The notes under the pieces were generated by a model. That model saw only the letters and a program-made list of their open reading frames with translations. It was not told where the DNA came from and did not search any database. DNA of 63,737 nucleotides, filler included, from Phoronis australis (Eukaryota > Animalia > Phoronida): assembly GCA_002633005.1 (NCBI GenBank). It is 10 parts of 10 records of this genome, joined end to end, with 100 filler letters (N's around TTAATTAATTAA, not from the genome) between each part and the next. Parts side by side here need not be neighbours in the genome. Positions count along the whole stretch, not along the records: positions 50,651 to 53,317 come from NMRA01003511.1; positions 53,418 to 57,150 come from NMRA01001733.1; positions 57,251 to 61,277 come from NMRA01002742.1; positions 61,378 to 63,737 come from NMRA01001219.1; 6 more parts are not named here. One strand, written 5' to 3'. The translations under genes and the position numbers were made by a program. Below are positions 52,836-63,737 of this stretch, in pieces; position 1 is the stretch's first letter; every line of letters starts with the position of its first letter.

Positions 52836-53849
52836 GTCGGTAGAATTTTAGGGGGGCATGGCTGCCCCTCTCCCTAAATCCGCCACTGGCCACCATTCAC
52901 AGTTCTGCAGCTAATGTTTGGTACCTGTAGTTTACTTCCACGCTGAGTACATCAATATTTTTACAACGATTCGTACTCGGATAAAACGCTGTTAGCGACG
53001 AAACGTGGGGGCTGGTGCCGTTATACTGGAACTTTCATTTTTCGCAGTATAGCTATCAGATTCTGTTGGCATTTTGTTCCCTTGCTTTCCATTCGCAAAC
53101 AAAAATATCCCTTCTTCCGTCCAAGAAGCGAACTTTAGTCTGCTTACCGTTTGGAAACAACTTGGGTGAGCAGTGATTTCTGGGTCTCCAACGGTGACAT
53201 TGAGATATTCCTTGAGACTACGCTCTGCACACAAAATTAACCCTGTGACAAGCCAACTTGAAGACACTGGTATCAACCAATGAAGAGCTGTCATTTCTTT
53301 AGATGCCCTGAAATCACNNNNNNNNNNNNNNNNNNNNNNNNNNNNNNNNNNNNNNNNNNNNTTAATTAATTAANNNNNNNNNNNNNNNNNNNNNNNNNNN
53401 NNNNNNNNNNNNNNNNNTCCCGGTATTTCTCAGCGTGCGTTGGTCTACATCATTTTGGAAGAAAACCCAACCGCCAATTTTGCAGGATTGCTTCTGTTCC
53501 CCCCGTTCCGTTGCTGTCAGCTTGTTAATGTACTGTACTCGATTTTGTTAGAATTGTAGGCCTATAGGGGCCAAAACTACCAAGGTGTCGTTTCTGTGTA
53601 TTTTGAGAGGTGCTCACATCAACATTAAAGTGTATTTGCCTACTTTTTTCCGGTCAACGAATCAAAGATACTTCATGGTGAAACTATGATATCTTTGCCT
53701 GAATTGCTAACTGAAAAGACGGTCGATCGGTCTCCTGTTGGCTATACTGACCATCACTCCAGCACTGAACAAACCAGCTACGGAGCAAGGCATCACTCTT
53801 ATCGTGTCGAAATGTGACCGAGTCCACATCGATAAACTACTGTACATCA

Positions 53850-54340
53850 AGTCATAACTCCACTGAAGTCAAGTCTACAAAGGTCTTGCCGTCACGGTAC
53901 GAAAAATATTAAATTTGATAACGGCTTGTTTGTCTAAATTACATGATCACTATTCACCGTCAGTTCTTATCAAGCTGGTTGATAGTATGATTCTGCCAAA
54001 TTTGCTATTAGGTGCAAAGATCTCTGGGTCTCAATTGTTGATTTTAGAAAGGTTCATAGCGATTTCTGCAAGGCCAAGGCTTTGCGATTAAACAAGAACA
54101 CGGCAAATGTCATGGCTAGAGACGAGTGTGGTAGATGGGTCGTTTTCACATATGGTAACTACGATACAACGCGTACGGACCGGACCGGGTGACGTACATG
54201 CAGTAGACGAATTCTTTTCAGAATTTCGTCAGAGATTTATTGACTGTGACGTACCAATTTGGCACTCTGCAATTAATAATTCGATTGTACTTTCAAAACG
54301 GAACTACGGTGTGAAAAATACCCCGTGTACCGGCCGCGTT
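53850..54340 (+). mobile_element. Decayed LINE fragment (post-RT region, RTE-X-like)
   Basis: Frameshifted peptides LIKLVDSMILPNLLLG, FCK...KNTAN.MARDECGR. Confidence 0.5.
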
Positions 54341-55654
54341 TTCTCCTAGAACAGTACCTGCTCGCTTTATATTGAGACAGGGCGGTACACAGGTCTAATC
54401 GAGGAAGGGAGGATTTGAGGAATATCATACTGGTGAAGTTGAAAACAAGAATCAGTTCATGTGTCACTGCCGTGTCCTTGGTTGGTAATGTGCGCAAAAT
54501 GTATCACTGACCTATCCTTGTTGGTTGGGTTACGTGCGCAGAGATTTGTTTACGAGAGTAGTTACGTTATTTCAAAGTCAAAATCTCATGTGAAGTAAAA
54601 AGCCTAGTGTTATATATTTCAATAGTAATTGCACTATAAGAGCTGAAATTTTATCATTGTAAAGTTGTAATGCAGGGTCCGATTTAGCGAGTACGATCAG
54701 CTCGCAAAATCATTGCGAGCTGAAATTACCAAGACAGTTAGTCGCCAGACGAGACTGATGCGACTTCAGTTTTTCCGCGTTGCTCAACGTGACCTCAATT
54801 TACGACAATGCGCTCCCACACTTGAAAAAGGGGTCAACTAAAACTCACTAAGACGAACAGTAACAACCAATGAGCTATATGCATCTAGTTATATTTATCT
54901 CATTGGCAACAACAAAAAAAAAACAACCCTCGGCGAAAAGCGCACAGCGCCGGTTAACTTTTTGTCGCCATCTGGCAATCTTGTTAATCCACAGGCAATT
55001 GAAAAATAACACGCTCAGCCGCCTCCTACCCAGGCGAGCGAGGGACTCTCTAGAACTCGTGGACTTTGACGAAGAGAGATTTGAGCGTCTGTGGTTTCCT
55101 CGTTTGCTTTTCATGACAATGGCGATGAACGAATAGGCAGCGCCAGGTTTAAATAGCAGGATTGTGCCAAATCCTGCTGCTAATGACTAATAGGGCGTCC
55201 GGTGAGAAAATTGGGGCTTCCGGGGGATGGTGCACCGAAAGAAAAAAAAGAGAGTTGCAACAAAGAGAGAATAGCGACCTGGCAAAAACATTTTGGCAAG
55301 CCGAGGAAAAACTGATATGTGCACACAATAATTCGCTTTTACCTTCCTACGTGTCTAGAAACAGGCAATATTCGTTTTCATTGTACTCCCTCACTACCGT
55401 CTGCACCTTGCCTCGGTGGTTCGTTGTCACTCATTGGGGTGTAGCCCTGCCTCCCACTCATTGCTGTAGTGGGGCGTAGGCGCACGTAGTCAACCACCTT
55501 CTGGCATTTGAACGTAGCGCCCACGCACCGTAAGTTACGTTCAGTGCTCAATGTGATAGAGTGGGCTTTGGGCGCCTACTTACCTTTAATTTTACCACTA
55601 CAGCACCTCACTTTTGGTCTTTTTCGGCTGGGCTTAGAGCAGGAATGAAATCTC

Positions 55655-56086
55655 CCAGTTGCACTTGGAAACTGGTCGTTATGTAAACACTCTTGTAGGT
55701 GAAAGACTGCTTGTGTTGTGACTCGGGTTCTGTGGAGGATGAGCTACACTTTGTGTTTGATTGCTCTCTTTATAACTCACGGAGGTCTATTCTGTTTAAT
55801 AATGTTTCACTTCAAATCCCGAACTTTGTAGATTTCAGTAGATTAGATACGTTAAAACTGCTATTTCAGTATTTCCCTTGGCAATTTTTCAAATATATCT
55901 AGTCTGCTTTTGAACTTAGAAACCGACGCATTTATGGTAGGCCTACATCTGAGTTGTGTGGTTTAAAGTGACTAATAAGCCCAACTGAGGTGGGTAGCCT
56001 ACTTATCTTTCTTACGAATGTTATGCCCATAACTGTTTTATTTAATTGTACTTGTCTCTTTAATAAATAAATACTAATACTAATAC
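55655..56086 (+). mobile_element. LINE 3' end (RTE-X-like C-terminal zinc knuckle, 3' UTR, tail)
   Basis: LETGRY...CCDSGSVEDELHFVFDCSLY..RR..LF, then AATAAA and a (TACTAA)n tail at ~56062-56086. Confidence 0.75.
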
Positions 56087-57250
56087 TTCAGGATGCAGTC
56101 TGGTGAGGATACCCCGGCCCAACCCATACACACCCCTCACCCCCAGTTACGTTGTCGCAGCACGCAGTTACAGGCCTATCACTGTGAATCATGGACCGAT
56201 AGTTCATGATAAAAAGTGCATCGACGGAACTTCAGTCCAGCTTTCTAGCAAATTTGAAATGAAAAACATAATAAATCAATTAATTTCGAATATTGTGAAA
56301 GGGGAGTCTTTGACTATTTCAGAAAAAGGACATATTTCACAAAAAAAAATAAATTTGAGGATTTCAATGAAAGTTAGCCCACTTATTATGAAATAACTTG
56401 GAGTTGCAAATGACCGCTAACACAGGTACATGTATGTCTGTGGGCGTGAAAGGATTGCCAATCACGTTTTATATCTCATGAGTATTTTGTTCATAAAGAA
56501 GTATAAAAAACGCGTTTCGAGTTGCGTAATTGTTGTAGAAATCTCCTTCAAAGTAAGCTTGTTATAATTATGTGAAACATGTTAGATCTACTTTAAGATT
56601 TGTGGCAAGTTGACAAGATTCCTCAGAAATATTTCCAAGCGACGAACACATTTTCCGCATCAATTACTACACAGGAGGGCGGCAACTGTTTGTTTTGCGC
56701 CTTTATTACGCAATTAAATGCTTTTTCAAACAAGATTGCGTTTATAAAAGACGTATGTGCAATGGAGAGTGAAAATGTGTCTAGTATGTTACCGTGGAAA
56801 TCAATTTTTGATATCATTTTTAGAACATAGGTCCGCGTGAGTGGGACTGTTGACGGCGGATGAATCTCTGTTTCAGCAAAGATTGTTAGCGCGTATGTCT
56901 CAGAGCAGCTCTGTGTGTCATATGAGTGTAGTGAGCACTGAAATAAGTGGCGCTATAGCAGTAACTTGATTTCAACCAATGGGGCTATTCGGAGAATTCT
57001 CCTCGCGGTGTCGCTGCTGTACTAGTGGTGATTAAATTGCGCATGCGTGGCTGTCTGCATGTAAACAACTGGTAAAAGATGGAATTTTTATCAAAATACG
57101 TCGTCGCGCTAAGCCTTATTACTGCTAATTTCCCTGGTGCAAGTCTTCGANNNNNNNNNNNNNNNNNNNNNNNNNNNNNNNNNNNNNNNNNNNNTTAATT
57201 AATTAANNNNNNNNNNNNNNNNNNNNNNNNNNNNNNNNNNNNNNNNNNNN

Positions 57251-58174
57251 TTCAAACAGTACACACCATGGATTTTTGCACATTTCGACTAAATGTATGA
57301 CGTAACATTTAGCCAAATCCATTATTATTTTGTGTCATTAGTTCGAAATTTTGATTTCTCTTTCAATTTTGCCAATTTTCCCGCCATTTGACATCATGGG
57401 TTGAACACAAGAGATCAGCGACTAGCATTGAACAACGGCGGAGAGTAGGGAATTTGAAACTGACAACGATTATGAACAAGAAATGAACAAATACTATGTA
57501 AAAATGTACGAGAATGGTGGCCAGGATGACGGAATGGGGTTGCACGAAAGCGAGAACGAGTTTGATATGTTTTCAGCTGCGTACTTTTCAACTTTGAGGC
57601 CTTACGAACTGGATCCTCCCGCGAGAGAAGCGGCCTCGGGCTCGGCCAGTCAACCCAGTCATCCAACAGACGATCCTAAATAAAGAGCCGATGTTTCTGA
57701 ATAGTAAATATTGTCCTTTATTGAACCCGGCCTTCACCGTAACATCTCCTCTGATTGGAGTCGAAACACGACTCCTCAAAGTGGGTCCGGACAGAATCGC
57801 TTGGTCTACACTGAGGTCCCACACTCTCGTTCGGCGCACGAAGCGATGCCACTACTGCGCAACTTTGGCGTCCTTCGGAACACCGAGACGTTCTCCGTCT
57901 GACTGCTGTTGCTGCAACCTCCGCAAACACATCTTTTCGCCCCTCTACGAACCTTCTCGACGCTAAATATACTTTACTTTCACTTCACTCTATACACTTA
58001 GTTGCTGATCCGAACAGTGTGCCGAACGACTTGGGTTCAACCCATGACGTTGTACATAATTTTTTTTCCAATTTTTACGTGTTTCTTTATGAACTGTGCA
58101 CTAAAGGCACTAAAATCAAGTGAGATATAATAATAAAATTTATTTTGAGGTACTAGAGTCATGTTGCGTATACT
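57251..58174. mobile_element. Kolobok-like element family K3 with KolX-like (+) and THAP (-) stubs
   Basis: Right end ...GTATACT+TTAA (58175-78). Internal IR CATGGGTTGAAC/GTTCAACCCATG. + ORF 57483 has LRPYELDP. Minus strand ~57935-57760 reads KRCVCGGCSN...F.KD...*WHRFVRRTRVW...HFEESCF (THAP-like). Confidence 0.75.
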
Positions 58175-59662
58175 TTAATGCATAATCATAAGTTTCTGAA
58201 TTACTTCGCACATCCAGTACCCAACGCTCGGCTACTGAGGTCAGGCCGACTCATCGCGACGGTTCGTCACTTTTTAACAACAGTACCCGTTTGGGTAATA
58301 AATTAGAGGAAATAAGAACTTTCTTGATCAACAAGCGTCTTATCTTTATCGCTGTATTGTGAAACTGATGCTAAGTACCAGCCTGAAGTGAACAATTGCC
58401 ATGTGACTGCGGCGGACGTGTGAGCGAAGTGCGTACTTGACAGCACTGCTTCACTGGTCGTTAAAAAATTAAGTTAAAATAAATCCACATACGGTGATGT
58501 TTCAACAAACAACAACACGCTTTATCTGAAAACGGTGAGCTCCTCAGATTTGAATAATTAATCACCATCGCCGAGCAACTAGAACTCTGCGAAAAAATTA
58601 AAACTGCCAAAAGGCGGTAATACATGGACCTAACAGGCACCATGGCAAGTTTTCCGACTGAAGTTTTTTCACCACCTAACGGTATTCTGTTGGCAGTCAT
58701 AACGGGAAGTTGCGAGAGACAACCCCTGGTATCTTAGTTTCCGTCTAAATTAAATTTTGATATTTCTGCAATTTAATTGTCAGGATATTCTAACTGTATA
58801 GCAGTTTTAGTCAATTATTTTGATGATACATGTTCGTTGTTCTGTTTATATTGTTTTGTTTACCAGAGTTATGGTTACACCCGGTAAAACACTTTTAGCT
58901 AGCCTAGTTCGCCATAGTCTCTGCTTTGTTCTTCAGTCGTTGGCACAGGACTGACAAGACCGTAATTTTATGCAAGTGTCGGAAACTATCTTAGTTTATA
59001 TAAGGCATTGATGATTTAAACCATTTATTCCGATAAAACTGCCGGGGACGGCATGCCTTCGTCTCGATCGGTCGGCACCAGGTCCTGGGCTGCTGGTCCG
59101 AGTGGGGAAAAATAATCTCTGTCTAAATTGATTTTGCCTCATTTTATCAACATTTTCAGTATACATTGTCTCTATTTTGCTTTCATCAAAGTTAAGGTCC
59201 GCTGTCGTTTATTTTGTCCCCGTTTGCCTACTGGTAACAGACACTGATCCAGTTGCTCAGGGGGCGTACTTAACACTGGGCTCCTGAATTTACTTTTCTC
59301 CCGGTTTCGTGGTTAGTGCAGAATGGCGGTGTGTTCTAGGGTCGGAATCGTGTGTGCCACGTTTATTTAAACTTTCTTCGACTGCGGAGTGTGTATTGGT
59401 TATGTTATAGGTAACGCGAGATCCTTATAATTTCTTCTAACCATTTTAAATAAGGGTTGAAAACGCGTGCTTCTAGGACTTTACGGAAAAAGTTTTTAAC
59501 CCTTAAAAGGGTGTCTACAAGAGTCGGTTCGGGTGCATTGTTACACATGATACATGCATACACACACTAACTGAGGTCCTGCTTTTTTGTGTATAAATAT
59601 GTGTGGTACCTGAGACCCTCTTCTCTACACGTAAGATATGAATCAAATGAATTTTCCAACAG

Positions 59663-59828
59663 AAATACGCAGGTGTGCAGAACGGAAGACGGTGTTTCTG
59701 CGGCAACCTCTTCACCCTTGGTAGCTCCCTTCAGCCAGATTCCAAATGTGACATGAAGTGCCCTGGTGCATCAGCACAAAACTGTGGCGGTAAATGGTTT
59801 AACTGGGTCATGCGTTCGATCTTACCAG
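59663..59828 (+). CDS. WSC domain C-terminal half exon (KYAGVQNGRRCFCGN...KCDMKCPGASAQNCGG...)
   Basis: ttttccaacAG|aaa...ccag|GTAAGG. Diagnostic YAGVQxGxxCFCGN and CxxxCPG.....CGG motifs. Ends in phase 1. Confidence 0.92.
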
Positions 59829-59833
59829 GTAAG

Positions 59834-60751
59834 GATACAATTTGTAATGCCTTGAAGTGTTCGTGATTGCAAAAGTTTTGAGAGGCCAGAAATGAATAAA
59901 TCGCTTCGTTACCGTCAAAAAACTAATTGACCGGGCACCGAGGCAAAGTTTGAGCTTATGCTGATTCAGTGTTTGCTGACAGAAAGCTTTCGTAAAACAC
60001 AATAGTTCGATTTTATATCCTATGATCAGATGTTAGGGAATCTTTATTTAGATATTCATGAACATTACTGTACAACTTTTGTCCTGACGGTGGCTGTGGA
60101 AGGCTAACCCGACTTAACGGAGCAGGGCAAGATAGTAAGTAGGTTTGCAGTTTTGCAGCGAATTCACGAAAATAATCACACGCAAACTTGTTCTTTGGCT
60201 CACTGGTATTGTCTAGTTTAGTTTCCAACTTTGGCTGGTTTATATTCGTGATATCTTCAGTCCAGCCGCGGCGATGGGCCTGATATGGTTCCGAGACACT
60301 GGCCGGTATACACAGCTTCTTTCTCATGGCTGTATTTCACGGACGAATAACTTAAATTAATCACTGAACAGACCCAAATCTCCCGCGACTGACCTTTGTA
60401 AATTGACCTACCGAACTTTTGCAGGCTATGGCACGTTCAAATACCAAAAAATCCGTAACAGAGAAATACAATAAAATAAAACGTTTTTTCAATAACTCGG
60501 TGTATTTGTAATGGTTTAACATCGAATTTTGATGATTTATTGATGTTAAAGATGATTTCAAGCGATAAGCTGACACCAGTAAGCGTGGTGTGAACTGCTG
60601 TAGCCTACATCCTGCACTCGAATCTCTGGCGTCATTGGTTAATTTTAACATCTCCGTCTGCCGTCAGGTGTCAGGTAAAAGAGCTGTGTCTGCTGCTATC
60701 GAGTGGATCTAAATTGATACAAACTAACTCGTTTTTGGGTGGCATTCTCCT
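59834..60751 (-). mobile_element. Kolobok-like family K2 copy 3 (truncated, inverted) in WSC intron
   Basis: Terminus GGTGGCATTCTCCT+TTAA (60752-55). Reverse complement aligns with copies 1 and 2. Confidence 0.75.
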
Positions 60752-61236
60752 TTAACACTGGTATCAATTTGAAAAAAAATCCTCAAAATACATGTCGAAA
60801 TATTTTGCCAAAAACAGCACGAATCTTTTAGTTTTGGCAGACATTCACGAATATCCAATGAAAACACATCGTTTCGCTCCTACAGTGTACATTCCAAGAT
60901 CTTTCCAAAGCATCGAAAAACGAAAGTTAAACCACCAAGTATACTGCATATGCGTCTACGACACTGGCATTTTAACTTACGCGAATTAAGTTGTCAATAT
61001 GACCTGGAACATTCTTATGTTGGATAGCTTATTTCATGATTTTAAACCGTATTTTGTGTGATTACCTTTTCATAGTACTTTACCTTAACGTAATAATTCT
61101 AAGTAGTAGGATGCGTGATATCAATTCACGGGACTTTGACATAAAAAGCTGGTTTACCTGTATATTGTCTGCCGAAAACACTCCTGTTTATATATTTGTC
61201 CCAACTAGGCTGTTTACCTAAACTTCTTATCTCCAG

Positions 61237-61277
61237 CCTTACCCGGATGCTTTGGTGATAGTGTTGAGCGCGATCTG
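61237..61277 (+). CDS. Start of next WSC domain exon (LPGCFGDSVERDL), cut by gap
   Basis: cttcttatctccAG| phase 1, in frame with the previous exon. GCFxD...RDL is the WSC N-terminal motif. Confidence 0.8.
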
Positions 61278-61605
61278 NNNNNNNNNNNNNNNNNNNNNNN
61301 NNNNNNNNNNNNNNNNNNNNNTTAATTAATTAANNNNNNNNNNNNNNNNNNNNNNNNNNNNNNNNNNNNNNNNNNNNTTTGTCACGATTTCATTCCACTC
61401 AATTCTGCACATGGCGATCCATGACCATAGCTATGCCTGCATATCACTGCTGGTCAAGCACAACATACAGATCGCCCGAATTTCTTCAGCCAATGGAAAG
61501 GAAACGTCGACTTTTTGCATGCTCCTAACTACATTAATCTATAGCAGGAACTAAACGATAATGCTATTTGAACATCGTCTACGCTAAACAAAGAACAGAT
61601 TATAT

Positions 61606-61616
61606 TCATTGACAAC
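61606..61616 (-). CDS. Terminal coding exon of kinase (G-C-Q-stop)
   Basis: Minus strand ttttttgttttcacattttcAG|gt tgt caa TGA; phase 1 matches the preceding exon. Confidence 0.55.
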
Positions 61617-62139
61617 CTGAAAATGTGAAAACAAAAAATTCTGCAACTAAGTGGCCTTTGCACTAATGATGTACCTTGAGGGCTCACATAGCCCACGTAT
61701 CATACAGTGTTATTCCCCAACACCACGTCATGATAATTACTGGACACGGTTGAATGATTTACAGCGGAGCATTTTCGACGCATAATTAGTTCTTAAAACA
61801 ATTTAGCAATTTCCACCCAACTTCATATTCACATCGTCGCTATATTTTGTGTTTCTAATTCGACCAATCAATAACAGAGATAAGGAATTAGCGTGCAAGT
61901 TCCACTTTAGAGCTACATGTATACCCATAGTTGGCCTTAGAGAACTCTTAACAATGCCACCAAAAGAGATTTAATGACGAGGCAAACATTTTCCCCACTA
62001 ACATATTAATTATTGTTGTTCGAGCTGAAGGAGGGGGCAACTTTCTTCACTTCCCTGTCACTTACAACTACCTCCATGATTAGAGTAATAAAAACAAAAG
62101 CATATACGAACCAAAGGAAATAAAACAAAGTACGCATAC

Positions 62140-62331
62140 CAAATATTTCTGTTAGTTTCTGCACCACCTGCGCCATCTCCTGTCTTTTATCAGGGTCAGC
62201 AGCAATCATTTGTGCAATCAACTTCTTCAAAGACTTGGTAGCTCTGTCATCATGGTCAGTCTCTTCAGGGACAATCTTCTTATTTGGGGTAGTTATCAAC
62301 GCTATACCAACCGGAATTTTGCTCCCCTTTC
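62140..62331 (-). CDS. Ser/Thr kinase C-lobe exon (subdomains X-XI), STK35/PDIK1L-like
   Basis: atatcacAG|ga...ttt g|GTATGC. 192 nt, phase 1-1. KIPVGIAL...LKKLIAQMIAADPDKR resembles STK35/PDIK1L VPVGEAL...LLKDMLAANPQDR. Confidence 0.88.
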
Positions 62332-62840
62332 CTGTGATATAAATTTAACACAGCCAAATTAGTTTCCTCGGCCGACACAGCTTACGTTATTCATTCGTAT
62401 ATTATTAAACGAGTCATGGTTTCAAACTGTGTTTCTCACTCTCTCAGAACACCTAAAGTGAACAATAAACTGGAGAAATGGTCATTCTTGCAGGCTTTAA
62501 CATTAACCTTACTCAGTTCAAAAACAGTCAATCAACTAACTTTACATATCATTCGATGTTTTGGTTTCACTGAACTACAAGGTATATACATGTAACAAAA
62601 AATACTCATCCATGCTTAAAAATCACTCTGCAACTCGCATTAACTAGCTGTATGTATATTATACAGAAAATAACTGAAAACTCCCTTGATATTTTGAATG
62701 TAATGCTCATACATTTTACAAGTACCCGACTTATGCATAATTACTTTGAATAATATTTTGATTGCGCATTGAACGCATGAGAGATTAGTCTGGGCCACTC
62801 AACCCCACTTTTCATGTTTCACTATCATAAGCAATTTTAC

Positions 62841-63054
62841 CTAAAATTGGAGCTAATTGGTCATTGTCTTTGTAGGAAAGCATGCCTAGGAAAACGAGAC
62901 CAGTCGAGAATATGTCTACTTTGTATGTGTACCCATCGTCGCCGTATTGTTCAGGGGCCAGGTATAACGCTGCTCCTACAGATGTCGATGTCAGGTGCAG
63001 TTTAGCCACGGATAAGTCGTTTGTTGCCATCTTTGACACACCAAAATCGGTTAC
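62841..63054 (-). CDS. Ser/Thr kinase exon subdomains VII-IX (VTDFGVSK...LYLAPE...YTYKVDIFSTG), STK35/PDIK1L-like
   Basis: aattgtAG|gta acc gat ttt ggt...tta g|GTAAAA. DFG, APE and DIFSxG motifs. Upstream exons not found in the window. Confidence 0.93.
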
Positions 63055-63737
63055 CTACAATTCGAGGTCGAAAATCATAGCCAAAGTTACAATCAGATGC
63101 AGAGTTCGTTAAAACGATGCGACGTTCGTTGTTAGGTAACTTAGATAGAAAATTTGTTTTAAAATTATATCAGACCGAATGTGTAATACATACATATATA
63201 TCGAAAGCAAGAAATAAAATGAGACCTCCATGATTAGTGAGACATCATAGTAAACATTCACAACATAGCAATATAGTCGGTGGGCCAGATCTCATAGCGT
63301 TCATCCTTGTGAGTACTTTGGGGGGCAACCTAGTTTTTTCTATGTGGCTAGATAATATACCTATAAATCAAATTCCAAAAAGTTCCCACGTCTACACTTG
63401 CACATTTTTTTAAAAAAGGTGTTTTTGTTGCACAAAATATGATGCACATTCCTGCCACGTGATGGCGCTTTTCCATTGAATTGACCAATCAGAGAGCCAA
63501 ATTGTATTGTTGTGCTTAGTTACTTCAATATGGCTGCTCCCAGGGAGCGTGATGCCTGTATAATTCAAGGTTTATCAAACAGCACAAAATTGTGATGTCA
63601 GAGCCTAAAGAAGCTTAGGAAAGCTTCCTGACGAAAGCTGATTGACTGTGGAACTCTGTAGATCAGTAGATCAAAAAGAAGAAGAGGTGTCACAAACGTT
63701 TGTGCAGAAAACAGCTGCATGTCCTGGTAGCCTACAC

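Noticed and set aside
52992-53294. 100-aa minus-strand ORF next to a gap
   Set aside because: No recognisable motif; cannot be supported without a search.
55162-55479. GEKIG as the CAP GENL motif continuing the CAP gene
   Set aside because: No suitable splice sites and no surrounding CAP similarity.

Overview
Eukaryotic (metazoan, most likely marine invertebrate/lophotrochozoan-like) draft-assembly DNA, AT-rich and repeat-dense, broken by nine 100-nt N gaps that each contain an artificial TTAATTAATTAA linker, so adjacency across gaps is uncertain. Most ORF-track entries are noise; the real genes are spliced and were reconstructed by eye from GT-AG sites and exon phases. They are: (1) a + strand gene with three symmetric ShK(ShKT)-domain exons followed by the N-terminal part of a CAP/SCP (CRISP/Tex31-like) domain (35313-40174); (2) + strand WSC-domain exons (59663-61277); (3) the 3' end of a - strand STK35/PDIK1L-like Ser/Thr kinase (61606-63054); (4) two unidentified phase-compatible exon pairs (22973-23947 +, 1385-2898 -). 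Mobile DNA includes several TTAA-flanked Kolobok-like elements that keep convergent stubs of KolX-like and THAP ORFs, and Helentron-associated-like (HINE-like) elements with ~450-bp tandem units rich in CTCF-like motifs. It also includes a decayed Penelope-like element with a 5' inversion, a Gypsy integrase/PPT/LTR remnant, Hero-like and RTE-X-like LINE fragments, and many MITEs. Family assignments come from motif recognition, not database searches, and TE boundaries are approximate unless TIR/TSD are given.
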